Assembly (NCBI GenBank): GCA_016840065.1
Contig: JAEOTB010000069.1
Coordinates: 1-15,465 of the forward strand
Length of the DNA stretch: 15,465 nucleotides
Direction of reading: 5' to 3'
Source of the DNA: Candidatus Hermodarchaeota archaeon
GTDB lineage: Archaea; Asgardarchaeota; Hermodarchaeia; Hermodarchaeales; Hermodarchaeaceae
Positions 6,608-14,770 of this stretch are shown piece by piece (the first letter of the stretch is position 1; the number at the start of each line of letters is the position of its first letter). The notes beneath the pieces are model-generated. The model saw nothing but the letters and a program-made list of their open reading frames with translations, had not been told where the DNA came from and did not search any database. The translations under genes were made by a program, and so were the position numbers.

Positions 6608-6624
6608 GTCTTTATAGTGAAGAC
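6608..6624 (+). promoter_or_regulatory. TATA box (TTTATA 6611-6616) within an inverted repeat in the divergent HEAT/oxidoreductase intergenic region
   Basis: GTCTT-TATAGTG-AAGAC, about 40 nt upstream of the oxidoreductase start. Confidence 0.45.
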
Positions 6625-6656
6625 AGTACAACTTATTCTGATGTTTGGAGCAGTGA

Positions 6657-8141
6657 TTGACGATGTCTTCAACCTCTTTCAATGTGCGTCGAGTGAGGCG
6701 TCAGCTAGAACATCTCCTCGGTAAGGAGAATGTCTCCGACGCAGAAATCGATAGGATTTGTTATTCACGTGATACTTGGCCACTTCGTCTTATGCAGCTA
6801 GGTCGTCTTGTCACCAAACCACAGCCTGACCTTATTGTATGGCCTACTAGGGTGGAGCATATCCAGCAGGTTCTTCGAGTCGCCAACGCAGAACACATCC
6901 CAGTTACACCAGTTTCTGGAGGCGGTGGCGTCTGTGGTGGTGCGCTCCCAACCCAGGGCGGCATTATCCTCGACTTGAAGAAGATGAATAGGATATGTGG
7001 TTTGGACGAGGAGTCATACACAGTCACAGTGGAGACCGGAGTTTTAGGTTATGAGCTAGAACAGTATCTGTCCGCTCGTGGGTATACGACAGGACATGCC
7101 CCTTCTTCGATTTTCAGCTCTGCTGTGGGCGGCTTTGCGGCAGCCCGCTCAGCTGGGGTGCTAAGCTCAAAATATGGAAAATTCGAGGATATCGTGGTAA
7201 GCCTGGAAGTGGTTCTACCCAATGGTGAAGTGCTCCGCACCAAGACAGTTCCACGCAGCTCCATGGGTCCAGACTTGAAACAACTCTTCATTGGGTCAGA
7301 AGGCACTCTAGGAATCATCACCGAACTAACCCTGCGTATCTGTCCAGTACCCGAATCCACAAAGTTCGCCTCATTCCTCTTCCCAGACCTGCACACAGGA
7401 ATGGAGGCGGTCAAACAAATCTTCCGCAGAGACCTCCGACCAGCCCTCATACGCCTCTATGACGAGAACGAAACCCGCTTCGTCTTGGGAAGGTTCATGT
7501 CTCCCCCTGAGGGAGCGAGTGTACTGAACTTAACCTATAGCGCTACAAAGGAACTTGTGAGTTTAGAACGGCGAACGGTGACAAGAATCTGTGAAGCGGC
7601 CGAAGCCAAATCGCTGGGTCCGAAGCCCTCAAAGCACTGGTGGGATAACCGGTTCGACCTCTACTACCCCTCCAGCATCAACTTAGGTCCAGGCATGCTC
7701 TATGATGTCCTCGACGTTGCCGCCAGTTATGCAAACCTGGAAAAGATGTACTGGAAAATGCGTGAAGCAATAGAGAAGCTGGGAGTCAGTACCATGAGCC
7801 ACTTCAGCCACTTCTACCCCGATGGCGGAAACATCTACGTGATATTCATAGGTCATGCAAGCTCCCCAGAGAAGGCAGAGGCGAAGTACAGCCAGGTCTG
7901 GAAAGTCGGTCTAGACGCTGCTCATCGCGCCGGTGGCACTCTCAGCCATCAACACGGCGTGGGGCTCCTAAAAGCTCCGTGGATGCCCATTGAACACGGT
8001 CCTTCAGGATTTGCCTTAATTGAAGCCATCAAACAACACTTGGACCCCAACAACATTCTCAATCCAGGAAAACTAGGTCTTGGCTCAAATGGCAGCCACT
8101 CACACGAATCCCCTACAGCAAATGGAGGTGTTAATCAATGA
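6657..8141 (+). CDS. FAD-binding oxidoreductase, VAO/PCMH fold, alkyl-dihydroxyacetonephosphate synthase (AGPS)/YgcU-like subfamily
   Basis: 494 aa (TTG 6657 or ATG 6663). Motifs PVSGGGGVCGG, TTGHAPSS, KYGKFED, PRSSMGPDLKQLFIGSEGTLGIITE, PALIRLYDE, HFSHFYPDGGNIY, GGTLSHQHGVG, LDPNNILNPGK. Confidence 0.92.
   Translation: MTMSSTSFNVRRVRRQLEHLLGKENVSDAEIDRICYSRDTWPLRLMQLGRLVTKPQPDLIVWPTRVEHIQQVLRVANAEHIPVTPVSGGGGVCGGALPTQGGIILDLKKMNRICGLDEESYTVTVETGVLGYELEQYLSARGYTTGHAPSSIFSSAVGGFAAARSAGVLSSKYGKFEDIVVSLEVVLPNGEVLRTKTVPRSSMGPDLKQLFIGSEGTLGIITELTLRICPVPESTKFASFLFPDLHTGMEAVKQIFRRDLRPALIRLYDENETRFVLGRFMSPPEGASVLNLTYSATKELVSLERRTVTRICEAAEAKSLGPKPSKHWWDNRFDLYYPSSINLGPGMLYDVLDVAASYANLEKMYWKMREAIEKLGVSTMSHFSHFYPDGGNIYVIFIGHASSPEKAEAKYSQVWKVGLDAAHRAGGTLSHQHGVGLLKAPWMPIEHGPSGFALIEAIKQHLDPNNILNPGKLGLGSNGSHSHESPTANGGVNQ
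8124..8130 (+). promoter_or_regulatory. Shine-Dalgarno GGAGGTG for the Fe-S subunit
   Basis: 7 nt upstream of ATG 8138, which overlaps the upstream stop (ATGA). Confidence 0.8.
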
Positions 8142-9316
8142 GTGGTCCTCCTCCCCCCAGCTCTACTGATTCCCTTGATCAATACGCAAAGGTCAACAGG
8201 CTCTGCAGCCTCTGCAGCCGCATGTGCCGCCATGCCTGCCCCACCCACATCACTACACGTTCCGACGCCTGCAGCCCCGTTGGACGGGCACTAACCATCG
8301 AATTATACCGGGGCAATAAAACCGCCTTGACCGAAGCCCCCGTGAAACGCCTCTACCAATGTACGCTCTGCGGTGCCTGCAAGTCTTGGTGCAAGCCCAG
8401 CCACGAATTACCCCGAATCATCGAACTGGCCAGAGAACGAGTAATTCAAGAACATCGAACACCAGCAGGACTCTTGGATTTCGACCAAATAGTAACTCAG
8501 CATCACAATGTCTATGGCGAACCCCATAGAGAACGCTTTAAAGCCCTCACACTAGCAACCAATCAACCCCCCTCCAATGATACTGTCCTCTATTTCGTAG
8601 GATGCACCACAGCTTATCGCCATCCCGAAATTGCTACCGCGGCAATCCAGGTCCTCAACCACCTTGGAATCAACACTCACCTACTCCAAAAGGAAGTCTG
8701 TTGCGGCTCACCATTGATCCGTGCTGGTTTTACTGAAACCGCTCAAAACCTAGCAAAACAAAATGTGGAAGCCATCACCCAAAGCGGCATAAGAACAATT
8801 ATCACCACTTGTCCCGGATGCGCCCGCGCCCTCAAACTTGACTATCCCAAACTCAACGTTCCTCTCCCAAAAAGCGTACGAGTACTCCACATAACTGAAT
8901 TCCTCACCAGGTCTCGTCAAATGAAAAGGCTAAAACAACACGAAGCTCCACCCCCAGTGGCTGAAATCATACCTGTGGTCTATCATGACCCCTGTCATCT
9001 AGGGAGAGAATTAGGGGTCTACGAGCCACCCAGAAAACTCCTCCGGCTCATACCTGGAATCCACCTTGTAGAATTCCAAAATAACCGAGACCACGCCGAC
9101 TGCTGCGGAGCAGGTGGAGCACTACCTAAAACCTTCCCCGACCTCGCAGCACAAATCGCCAAACGTCGACTCAAAGACGCATTTCAAACCACTGCTGGTA
9201 TGATAACCAGCTCTTGCCCCAACTGCAAACAACACTTCTTACGGCACTCTACCAAAACAGGTCCACTCCTCCCCGTATATGACCTCCTAGAGCTTCTCGC
9301 CGGTGTCCTGAAGTAG
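8138..9316 (+). CDS. (Fe-S)-binding protein: 4Fe-4S dicluster plus two CCG domains (GlpC/GlcF/HdrD-like)
   Basis: 392 aa; CSLCSRMCRHACP and CTLCGACKSWC; CCG1 GC...CCG...CPGC; CCG2 HDPC...CCG...CPNC. Translationally coupled to the flavoprotein. Confidence 0.93.
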   Translation: MSGPPPPSSTDSLDQYAKVNRLCSLCSRMCRHACPTHITTRSDACSPVGRALTIELYRGNKTALTEAPVKRLYQCTLCGACKSWCKPSHELPRIIELARERVIQEHRTPAGLLDFDQIVTQHHNVYGEPHRERFKALTLATNQPPSNDTVLYFVGCTTAYRHPEIATAAIQVLNHLGINTHLLQKEVCCGSPLIRAGFTETAQNLAKQNVEAITQSGIRTIITTCPGCARALKLDYPKLNVPLPKSVRVLHITEFLTRSRQMKRLKQHEAPPPVAEIIPVVYHDPCHLGRELGVYEPPRKLLRLIPGIHLVEFQNNRDHADCCGAGGALPKTFPDLAAQIAKRRLKDAFQTTAGMITSSCPNCKQHFLRHSTKTGPLLPVYDLLELLAGVLK

Positions 9317-9391
9317 CAATGGGCGCAACAGGTATCCAGCCCTTTGCTTGAAAAGGTAAGGCTTATTAGAAAAGACGCTGAGAGATAATCC

Positions 9392-9410
9392 TCTCCTTCT
9401 TCGAAGGAGA
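9392..9410. promoter_or_regulatory. Perfect 8-bp stem hairpin TCTCCTTC-TTC-GAAGGAGA
   Basis: Intergenic, just upstream of the SD GGGAGG (9417-9422) of the next gene. Confidence 0.4.
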
Positions 9411-9434
9411 ACAACCGGGAGGAAAAGAAATCAT

Positions 9435-9926
9435 ATGTCAAGAGACGTTGCGTCACGAGTACTAAGTATACTCGCTGGAGTTTTCTACATCATCAGCTTC
9501 ATAATAGGTATTGTCATCTTCGGGATACGTGCTATCATCATTCTCTTCGCCATTCTAATAGCCATCGCTCTATACACTGGCTTAGGAGGCGGAGAAATGA
9601 CAGATGAAGACCGCGCACTGATATGGTCAATGATCTGGGGCTGGGTCATAATCCCCTTCGCCGCAATGGCATTCTGGCTCATCATAGGCATCCTTGTCCT
9701 AGTATGGCAGAGCGACACCTACTCACGCCGCCCCCACATCATCATCCTCGGCATCCTCGGCGTCGTATTCACCGCCTTAATAGGTGTAGTGATGTTCTTT
9801 GACCCCTTCTTCGCCGCTTTAACCGGCTTCTGGATAGCCGCCCTCGCTGCCTTGATACTAGCCCTTCTTGCAGGCATCCTCGCTTTAATCGCAGGAGCCA
9901 TCGCAGTACCCAAAGGCGGAATATAA
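9435..9926 (+). CDS. Hypothetical integral membrane protein (4-5 TM)
   Basis: 163 aa, almost entirely hydrophobic; SD upstream; ends AGILALIAGAIAVPKGGI. Confidence 0.85.
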   Translation: MSRDVASRVLSILAGVFYIISFIIGIVIFGIRAIIILFAILIAIALYTGLGGGEMTDEDRALIWSMIWGWVIIPFAAMAFWLIIGILVLVWQSDTYSRRPHIIILGILGVVFTALIGVVMFFDPFFAALTGFWIAALAALILALLAGILALIAGAIAVPKGGI

Positions 9927-10050
9927 ACTACTCCAAAGGACCTTCAGCCAACGGAACCAAATTAAAACGCACGCCTAGGTGAAAGAAGGCTAGAAACAAC
10001 CCTGAGCCAAGACGCTATTCTCATCTAGCTACAAAAATCTGTGAAGACTT

Positions 10051-10087
10051 GGAAAAAAGGGGGAACTGGCTGAGACAGGCTCAGCCA
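10051..10087 (-). terminator. Intrinsic terminator-like hairpin and T-tract after the hydrolase gene
   Basis: Minus strand TGGCTGAG-CCTGT-CTCAGCCA (10087-10067) followed by GTTCCCCCTTTTTTCC, 9 nt after the stop at 10097. Confidence 0.65.
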
Positions 10088-10096
10088 ACAACTCGC

Positions 10097-10669
10097 TCAG
10101 AACCAGGGAGACCACCAAATGATTATCGCGAAGATAATCAGGACTATCCCGTTAATGATAAGCCAAGGTCGCTCAAGCGGCTCAGGAACCTTCGTGATAT
10201 TGCCCGGCGCAGAAACTAGCGACCGTTCAATATAAGCGATACCCTCTTTGGGGCTCTTCGAGAAGCGGTTGAGAATCGACTTTGTACTAGGAATCAAGTC
10301 AGTAAATAAGTGGCATGCAACACCAGTAAAGAATATTGAAATGAAGTACCGGTCGGTAGGCCACCACCACGTTATACTAGGCCAAAAAATCGGCCAGAGG
10401 AATCTTAGCGGGAGCCAGATAGCAGCGACGAAGATAAGCGGGAGAACGAAGCTGTGGGAAATCCAGGCGCGGTGACCCATGAAGGGTTTCCAGTCGTGGT
10501 CGAAGTCTGGGAACATTGCGCCCAGCCATCCAACGAAGATAAACCAGATTCCCACGAAATCAGGTATTATTGGTACAGGTAGAGAATACATTGCTTCTAC
10601 GTATTTCATTACTAACCAGATGCCAGCGAATGATGCAGCAGCGAGAACCATGTGATCGAATCTGTTCAT
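10097..10669 (-). CDS. Membrane-bound metal-dependent hydrolase (YdjM/DUF457-like)
   Basis: 190 aa with the family signature M...H, GAMFPDFD, GHRAWISHS, GVACHLFTD between TM helices; GGTGA SD upstream. Confidence 0.85.
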   Translation of the reverse strand: MNRFDHMVLAAASFAGIWLVMKYVEAMYSLPVPIIPDFVGIWFIFVGWLGAMFPDFDHDWKPFMGHRAWISHSFVLPLIFVAAIWLPLRFLWPIFWPSITWWWPTDRYFISIFFTGVACHLFTDLIPSTKSILNRFSKSPKEGIAYIERSLVSAPGNITKVPEPLERPWLIINGIVLIIFAIIIWWSPWF

Positions 10670-10739
10670 GGTAGAAATTCACCTAGCCCTTCTTGCTATC
10701 TTTTCACTTAAAAATGAATTAGTTTTACCGTCTTTACAT

Positions 10740-12065
10740 TCAAGACGGCTTTCGGCTGCGAAGGATGAGGGGTATGACTGCCATGCTACCTGCAATGCTA
10801 ATGACGGCGCAGAGGATGAGGGGGAGGGCGGCGGCTTGATTGGGGTTAGCGGTGGCAGCAAGAATCACCGCGTATGCGTAGCCTCCGATGATGGGGGCGA
10901 TGGCTCTGGCGGCGCTTCCGCTCATACCGAGGAGGCCCATTACCAGTCCCCGTTCTTTGGGGGGTGAGGCTTGAGCGGCTAGGGCAGCTGATGAGGGGAG
11001 TGCCATTGCTCCTCCTATGCCCATCAGTGCACCTATCATGAAGAGGTCTAGGGCGGTTGTGGACAGTATGGCTGTTAGGGCGGCTACTGCGGTTACAACT
11101 CCACTCAAGATGAGGAGCACGTCGTGTCCGATGCTGTCTGATAGCCGACCGAAGATTAACTGGCTCAGCGCATTACTGGAGGCAAAGAAGAGGAAGAAGA
11201 TGCCCAAGTCCAGGGGTGAGAAGGCGAATGTGCGGGGGTCTGTGGCGTATACTGCAAACATTGGTTCAGCAACAGCGATTGAGAAGATTCTCGTGAAACG
11301 AATTACCAAAGCCACAGCTAGTAACGTGCCACCCACTCCGACGACAATGCGATAACGATGAAGGGTTGCCCCAAGCTTTCCCCAGAGCGATTGCGCTTCT
11401 ACCTTCGATGCTGTATCCTCCCTAATCGTCTTGCCTTCGATGTGTTTGCGTGGTTCACGAATAATAATGAATGAAAAGACGAAGGTGAGAGCAGCTAAAC
11501 CCGCGCAGATGAAGAAAGGAACCCGAATACCAAGATATTGAGCGAGAATGCCCCCAATGGTGGGGCCGAAAATCATTCCAGTTGTACGACCTGCCAACAA
11601 TGTGCCGAGGGCGGTACCTCTCTTTTCAGGCGGTGCAAGGTCCGACACCAACGCGTCAGAAGAAGGATAGAGGCCTGCCGTGAATAATCCCTCTGCAGCT
11701 CGCGTAATGAAAAGGAGTAGAATCGAGTTCGCTAGCCCAAAAGCGACAAGGGCCACACTAGAACCTACAAGGGAGAGAAGAATCACAGGCTTACGCCCGA
11801 TACGATCCGAAAGAGCTCCCATTGGTCCAGCAGCAATGAAGGTGCAAAGCGAGAAAGTAGCAACAAGAAGCCCATACTCTAAGGCTCCGCCGCCAAATAT
11901 GGTCAGATAGAAGGGAAGGATTGGCATAACAGCTCCATAACCCAGTAAGAGGAAGGCTTGAGCGATGGCGAGGAGTACAACCTGACCCATGTATTTTGAA
12001 TCAGACGCTGTTGGCGACGGGGTTTGAGTCTGGGGATTCAAGATAAGTTCAACACAAACCAGCAC
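10740..12065 (-). CDS. MFS transporter, DHA1/TetA-like drug:H+ antiporter family
   Basis: About 12 TMs; motif A GALSDRIGRK, motif B RAAEG, motif C GMIFGPTIGG, second-half GRLSDSIG. The true start may be TTG 12041 (MNPQTQ...), about 28 nt after a CTTAAA box. Confidence 0.93.
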   Translation of the reverse strand: MLVCVELILNPQTQTPSPTASDSKYMGQVVLLAIAQAFLLLGYGAVMPILPFYLTIFGGGALEYGLLVATFSLCTFIAAGPMGALSDRIGRKPVILLSLVGSSVALVAFGLANSILLLFITRAAEGLFTAGLYPSSDALVSDLAPPEKRGTALGTLLAGRTTGMIFGPTIGGILAQYLGIRVPFFICAGLAALTFVFSFIIIREPRKHIEGKTIREDTASKVEAQSLWGKLGATLHRYRIVVGVGGTLLAVALVIRFTRIFSIAVAEPMFAVYATDPRTFAFSPLDLGIFFLFFASSNALSQLIFGRLSDSIGHDVLLILSGVVTAVAALTAILSTTALDLFMIGALMGIGGAMALPSSAALAAQASPPKERGLVMGLLGMSGSAARAIAPIIGGYAYAVILAATANPNQAAALPLILCAVISIAGSMAVIPLILRSRKPS

Positions 12066-12127
12066 TTCTTTAAGTGAAAGCCTTGAACCATCTAATCAAC
12101 TGCAAGAGAATCAGGGTCGTGTCTTAA

Positions 12128-13066
12128 ATGGTTGCAGAAAAAACAGGTACCGCAGAGCCCCTAGTCTTTCAAATCGGTGAGTGTATAATTGGAGGAAACC
12201 GCGCCGAATACCCCACAGCGATAATGCTTTCCACCTTTCATCAAGGCGACAAATCCGTTACAGACCATAAAACAGGTCGGTTCAACGAGAAACGGGTACG
12301 CCGCCACCTCAATCGTGCAACCAAACTTAGCGAAACCACTGGGAATCCCCTTGTTCTTGATGTCCTTGCTGAAACGCCTGAAGCTATGGTTCGTTATCTT
12401 GAATTCCTTGCAGAGGCAGCACCCACAACATCGTTCCTCATCGATAGCAGCTCCCAAGAAACCAAGATGGCAGGACTGAAACTTGTTGAAGAAACAGGAC
12501 GCGCCGAATACGCAATCTATGACTCCATCAGCCTCCTCTCAACCGATGAAGAACTGGAGGCTCTCCGCGCCTCTAGCATTGGCGCTGCCATCCTCCTCGC
12601 ACACAACCCCCTCGACCTTGATCCCAAGGGTCGGCTTGACGTGCTTCGTGGCACTAAGGGCAAGGAGGGGCTTCTCGCCAAAGCCAAGAGAGCAGGGATT
12701 ACAAAAATCCTCGTCGACACCGTAGCCCTTGACCTTGCAGGGCTCAGCTTAGCAACCGCTGCTATGCCAATCATCAAACGAGAACTGGGATTGCCTGTGG
12801 GGGCTGGTTCAGCGAATAGTGTAGCAATCTGGCGCCGCTCCAGTCAAATCTCTCCAGCTGCAAAACGATACGTCGCCCCTGCTCTATGCACTTACCTGCA
12901 ATGTGCGGGCGCCAACTTCATTCTCCCTGGACCGCTAAGCAATGCACCCCGCTTCTTCTCCACAATAGCTGTTACCGACGCTCTACTAGCCTTTGCATCA
13001 CCTGAGGGCCCATATCCTCCAACCCCACCCAAAACTCGCCATCACCCTCGCTACACCACACTTTAA
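12128..13066 (+). CDS. mtrH: MtrH-family pterin-binding methyltransferase (stand-alone; tetrahydromethanopterin S-methyltransferase subunit H-like)
   Basis: 312 aa; VFQIGECIIGG...YPT...ETTGNPLVLDV..ETPEAMVRYLEF...FLIDSS...GITKILVDT...GLPVGAGSAN...GANFILPGPL follows the MtrH/MtxH/MtgA pattern. No other mtr genes are adjacent. Confidence 0.9.
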   Translation: MVAEKTGTAEPLVFQIGECIIGGNRAEYPTAIMLSTFHQGDKSVTDHKTGRFNEKRVRRHLNRATKLSETTGNPLVLDVLAETPEAMVRYLEFLAEAAPTTSFLIDSSSQETKMAGLKLVEETGRAEYAIYDSISLLSTDEELEALRASSIGAAILLAHNPLDLDPKGRLDVLRGTKGKEGLLAKAKRAGITKILVDTVALDLAGLSLATAAMPIIKRELGLPVGAGSANSVAIWRRSSQISPAAKRYVAPALCTYLQCAGANFILPGPLSNAPRFFSTIAVTDALLAFASPEGPYPPTPPKTRHHPRYTTL

Positions 13067-13091
13067 TCTCACAATACCGAGTTGTTTTGCG

Positions 13092-13589
13092 TTGAAATCA
13101 ACTATCCGTGACAATCTGGGTCTCTTCTGCATGGTAACAGGTGGGGTGATACTGATACTCGGTAGCCTATTGCTCGTTTTTGATAAGCAACACCAGAGGT
13201 GGCTCTTAGCAGTAGTTATCGAATTTTTCGGAATTGAAGGTTCAACAATCGATATGTTCGAGACGTATATTAGGTCAGTTCCTTTCTGTTCGATACTCGG
13301 GGGGTGTCTGGTTATCGTAGGGGGTGTCGTGTGGTGGTTGAGACCTCCACGTCCAAAATCTGGGGCGGAACTGGTTCTGGTTGCAGGCAAGTTCATTGCG
13401 AGTTTTGGTGCAACCCTCTGCACACTTCCAATCGCTGTGATAATCTTTGGTATCTTTGGAACAATCGTTCTAGTAGGAAGCGGAATCGAGGGTAGCTCAA
13501 TCCTCCTAACTATCCCACATCTTGTTATCCTGATATCAGGCTTGGTACTCGTCTGTCTGGGAAGCCTTCGAGATCCAAAAAGATACTAG
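13092..13589 (+). CDS. Hypothetical 4-5 TM membrane protein
   Basis: The ORF-track start at 12993 overlaps mtrH. In-frame TTG 13092 (MKSTIRDNLGLFCMVTGG...), about 25 nt after TTTAAT (13062-13067), is more plausible (165 aa). Gly-rich TM helices include LGGCLVIVGG and GKFIASFG. Confidence 0.75.
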   Translation: MKSTIRDNLGLFCMVTGGVILILGSLLLVFDKQHQRWLLAVVIEFFGIEGSTIDMFETYIRSVPFCSILGGCLVIVGGVVWWLRPPRPKSGAELVLVAGKFIASFGATLCTLPIAVIIFGIFGTIVLVGSGIEGSSILLTIPHLVILISGLVLVCLGSLRDPKRY

Positions 13590-13664
13590 AGTTGAATTTT
13601 ATTCTATCGCCCCTCTCGATACTCAATGGTTTCCGAAGAGTAAAGCGACTGTATTTGATTTCAG

Positions 13665-13913
13665 CTAGTCTTTATCGAGTTCAAACAGTCTTCGCTGATG
13701 TGTACCTTCCCATTCAGGGGATTCTCCGGTTTCCTGCTCATCTCTCTTGTATTCAGAAATCAGTACATGTCGGTCTCTTTTCAACCGAGGGAGTTTGCAG
13801 CACATACTCACTCCCTTTGGAAGCACGAGCTGGGAGGTCAACTTGCCATGGACCCGGGTTCGCTTCCCGCAGGTGCTGCACCGATAAATCGTGTAGTACT
13901 TGAACTTGGCCAA
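13665..13913 (-). CDS. Small Cys-rich metal-binding protein (YxCxxCG-x21-CC)
   Basis: 82 aa, TTG start with GGCAGGGA upstream; YRCSTCGK...SMCCKLP; fills an otherwise empty gap between convergent and divergent neighbours. Confidence 0.65.
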   Translation of the reverse strand: MAKFKYYTIYRCSTCGKRTRVHGKLTSQLVLPKGVSMCCKLPRLKRDRHVLISEYKRDEQETGESPEWEGTHQRRLFELDKD

Positions 13914-14027
13914 GGCTAGTCCCTGCCGTGCTGCAGTAAGAAGATTGGTTGCTGTTCACCATAAAGGTTTGGGAATTAGTATTTTAAAGATGATGAGTCC
14001 TAAGAAATCGAGTTAATGGCGCTACTG

Positions 14028-14069
14028 TAAAACTTTATATTCGTAATATGTAATAATCTTACACAGGAG
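14028..14069 (+). promoter_or_regulatory. BRE/TATA (AAAAC-TTTATA, 14034-14039), inverted repeat TGTAA-N5-TTACA (14049-14063) and SD AGGAG
   Basis: Canonical archaeal spacing upstream of ATG 14079. Confidence 0.55.
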
Positions 14070-14078
14070 TTTAGAACC

Positions 14079-14720
14079 ATGACAACATGGTATGACGTAT
14101 TTCTTGTATGCCCAAAATGTGAGAAGGCATTCAAAGGAACTTCAATAGGATCCTGTGGATACGCAGGAAAAGATAGTGACTTTTACCCACAATACTGGGG
14201 CGCGAACCCCCTACCCCACTTCGTTAAAGTGTGCCCATCCTGCAACTACGCTGACCTACCCAACAAGTTCAAGCAAGGCACACCAGGACAAGATGCACCC
14301 AGAGAGAAGAATCTCCCCTGTTGGAGACGCTACGAATTAGTTGCAGAAACCCATCGCCAACAAGGCGCCTCTACATTCAGCCTCGCCCAAACCCTCCACA
14401 GAGCAGCCTGGGGCGCCCGGGCAGTAGACGGTGACAAAGCCAAAGAGCAAGAATTTCTGCAGCAAGCCTGTGAATTATTCGAACAAGCCCTTAGAGAAGA
14501 CGGAGTCCCCACGGAACCCGACGATTTACGACCCATAATCACCTATCTCGTGGGTGAGTTATACCGGCGCACTGGAGACAGAGAAACCGCCCTCAAGAGG
14601 TTTGCTAAAGTACCTCCCATGCTCAAAGGTGTCGAGAAACTCGATTGGCTCCAAAAACTAGTTGAGAGCCAAACTGCTTTAACCCAAGAATCACCAAGTG
14701 AGAAATCCACCAAGGGCTAG
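14079..14720 (+). CDS. DUF2225 family protein (zinc ribbon plus TPR-like helices)
   Basis: 213 aa; CPKC...DSDFYP...NP...VCPSCNYA, then LHRAAW and YLVGELYRRTG, typical of DUF2225. Confidence 0.85.
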   Translation: MTTWYDVFLVCPKCEKAFKGTSIGSCGYAGKDSDFYPQYWGANPLPHFVKVCPSCNYADLPNKFKQGTPGQDAPREKNLPCWRRYELVAETHRQQGASTFSLAQTLHRAAWGARAVDGDKAKEQEFLQQACELFEQALREDGVPTEPDDLRPIITYLVGELYRRTGDRETALKRFAKVPPMLKGVEKLDWLQKLVESQTALTQESPSEKSTKG

Positions 14721-14770
14721 TTTTCCTAAAACAAAGGTTTTAACAGGGTAACAGTTTATCCTCCCAAATC

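Noticed and set aside
6657-9316. Calling the pair glcD/glcF or heterodisulfide reductase
   Set aside because: The flavoprotein lacks the GEHG signature and CCG domains alone do not define Hdr, so no gene symbols were assigned.
793-9339. AGGTATCCAG shared by two intergenic regions (~793 and ~9330)
   Set aside because: A 10-bp match is expected by chance in 15 kb and the flanks do not extend.
12128-13066. mtrH as evidence of methanogenesis
   Set aside because: No other mtr or mcr genes are in the window, and stand-alone MtrH homologs occur in non-methanogens.
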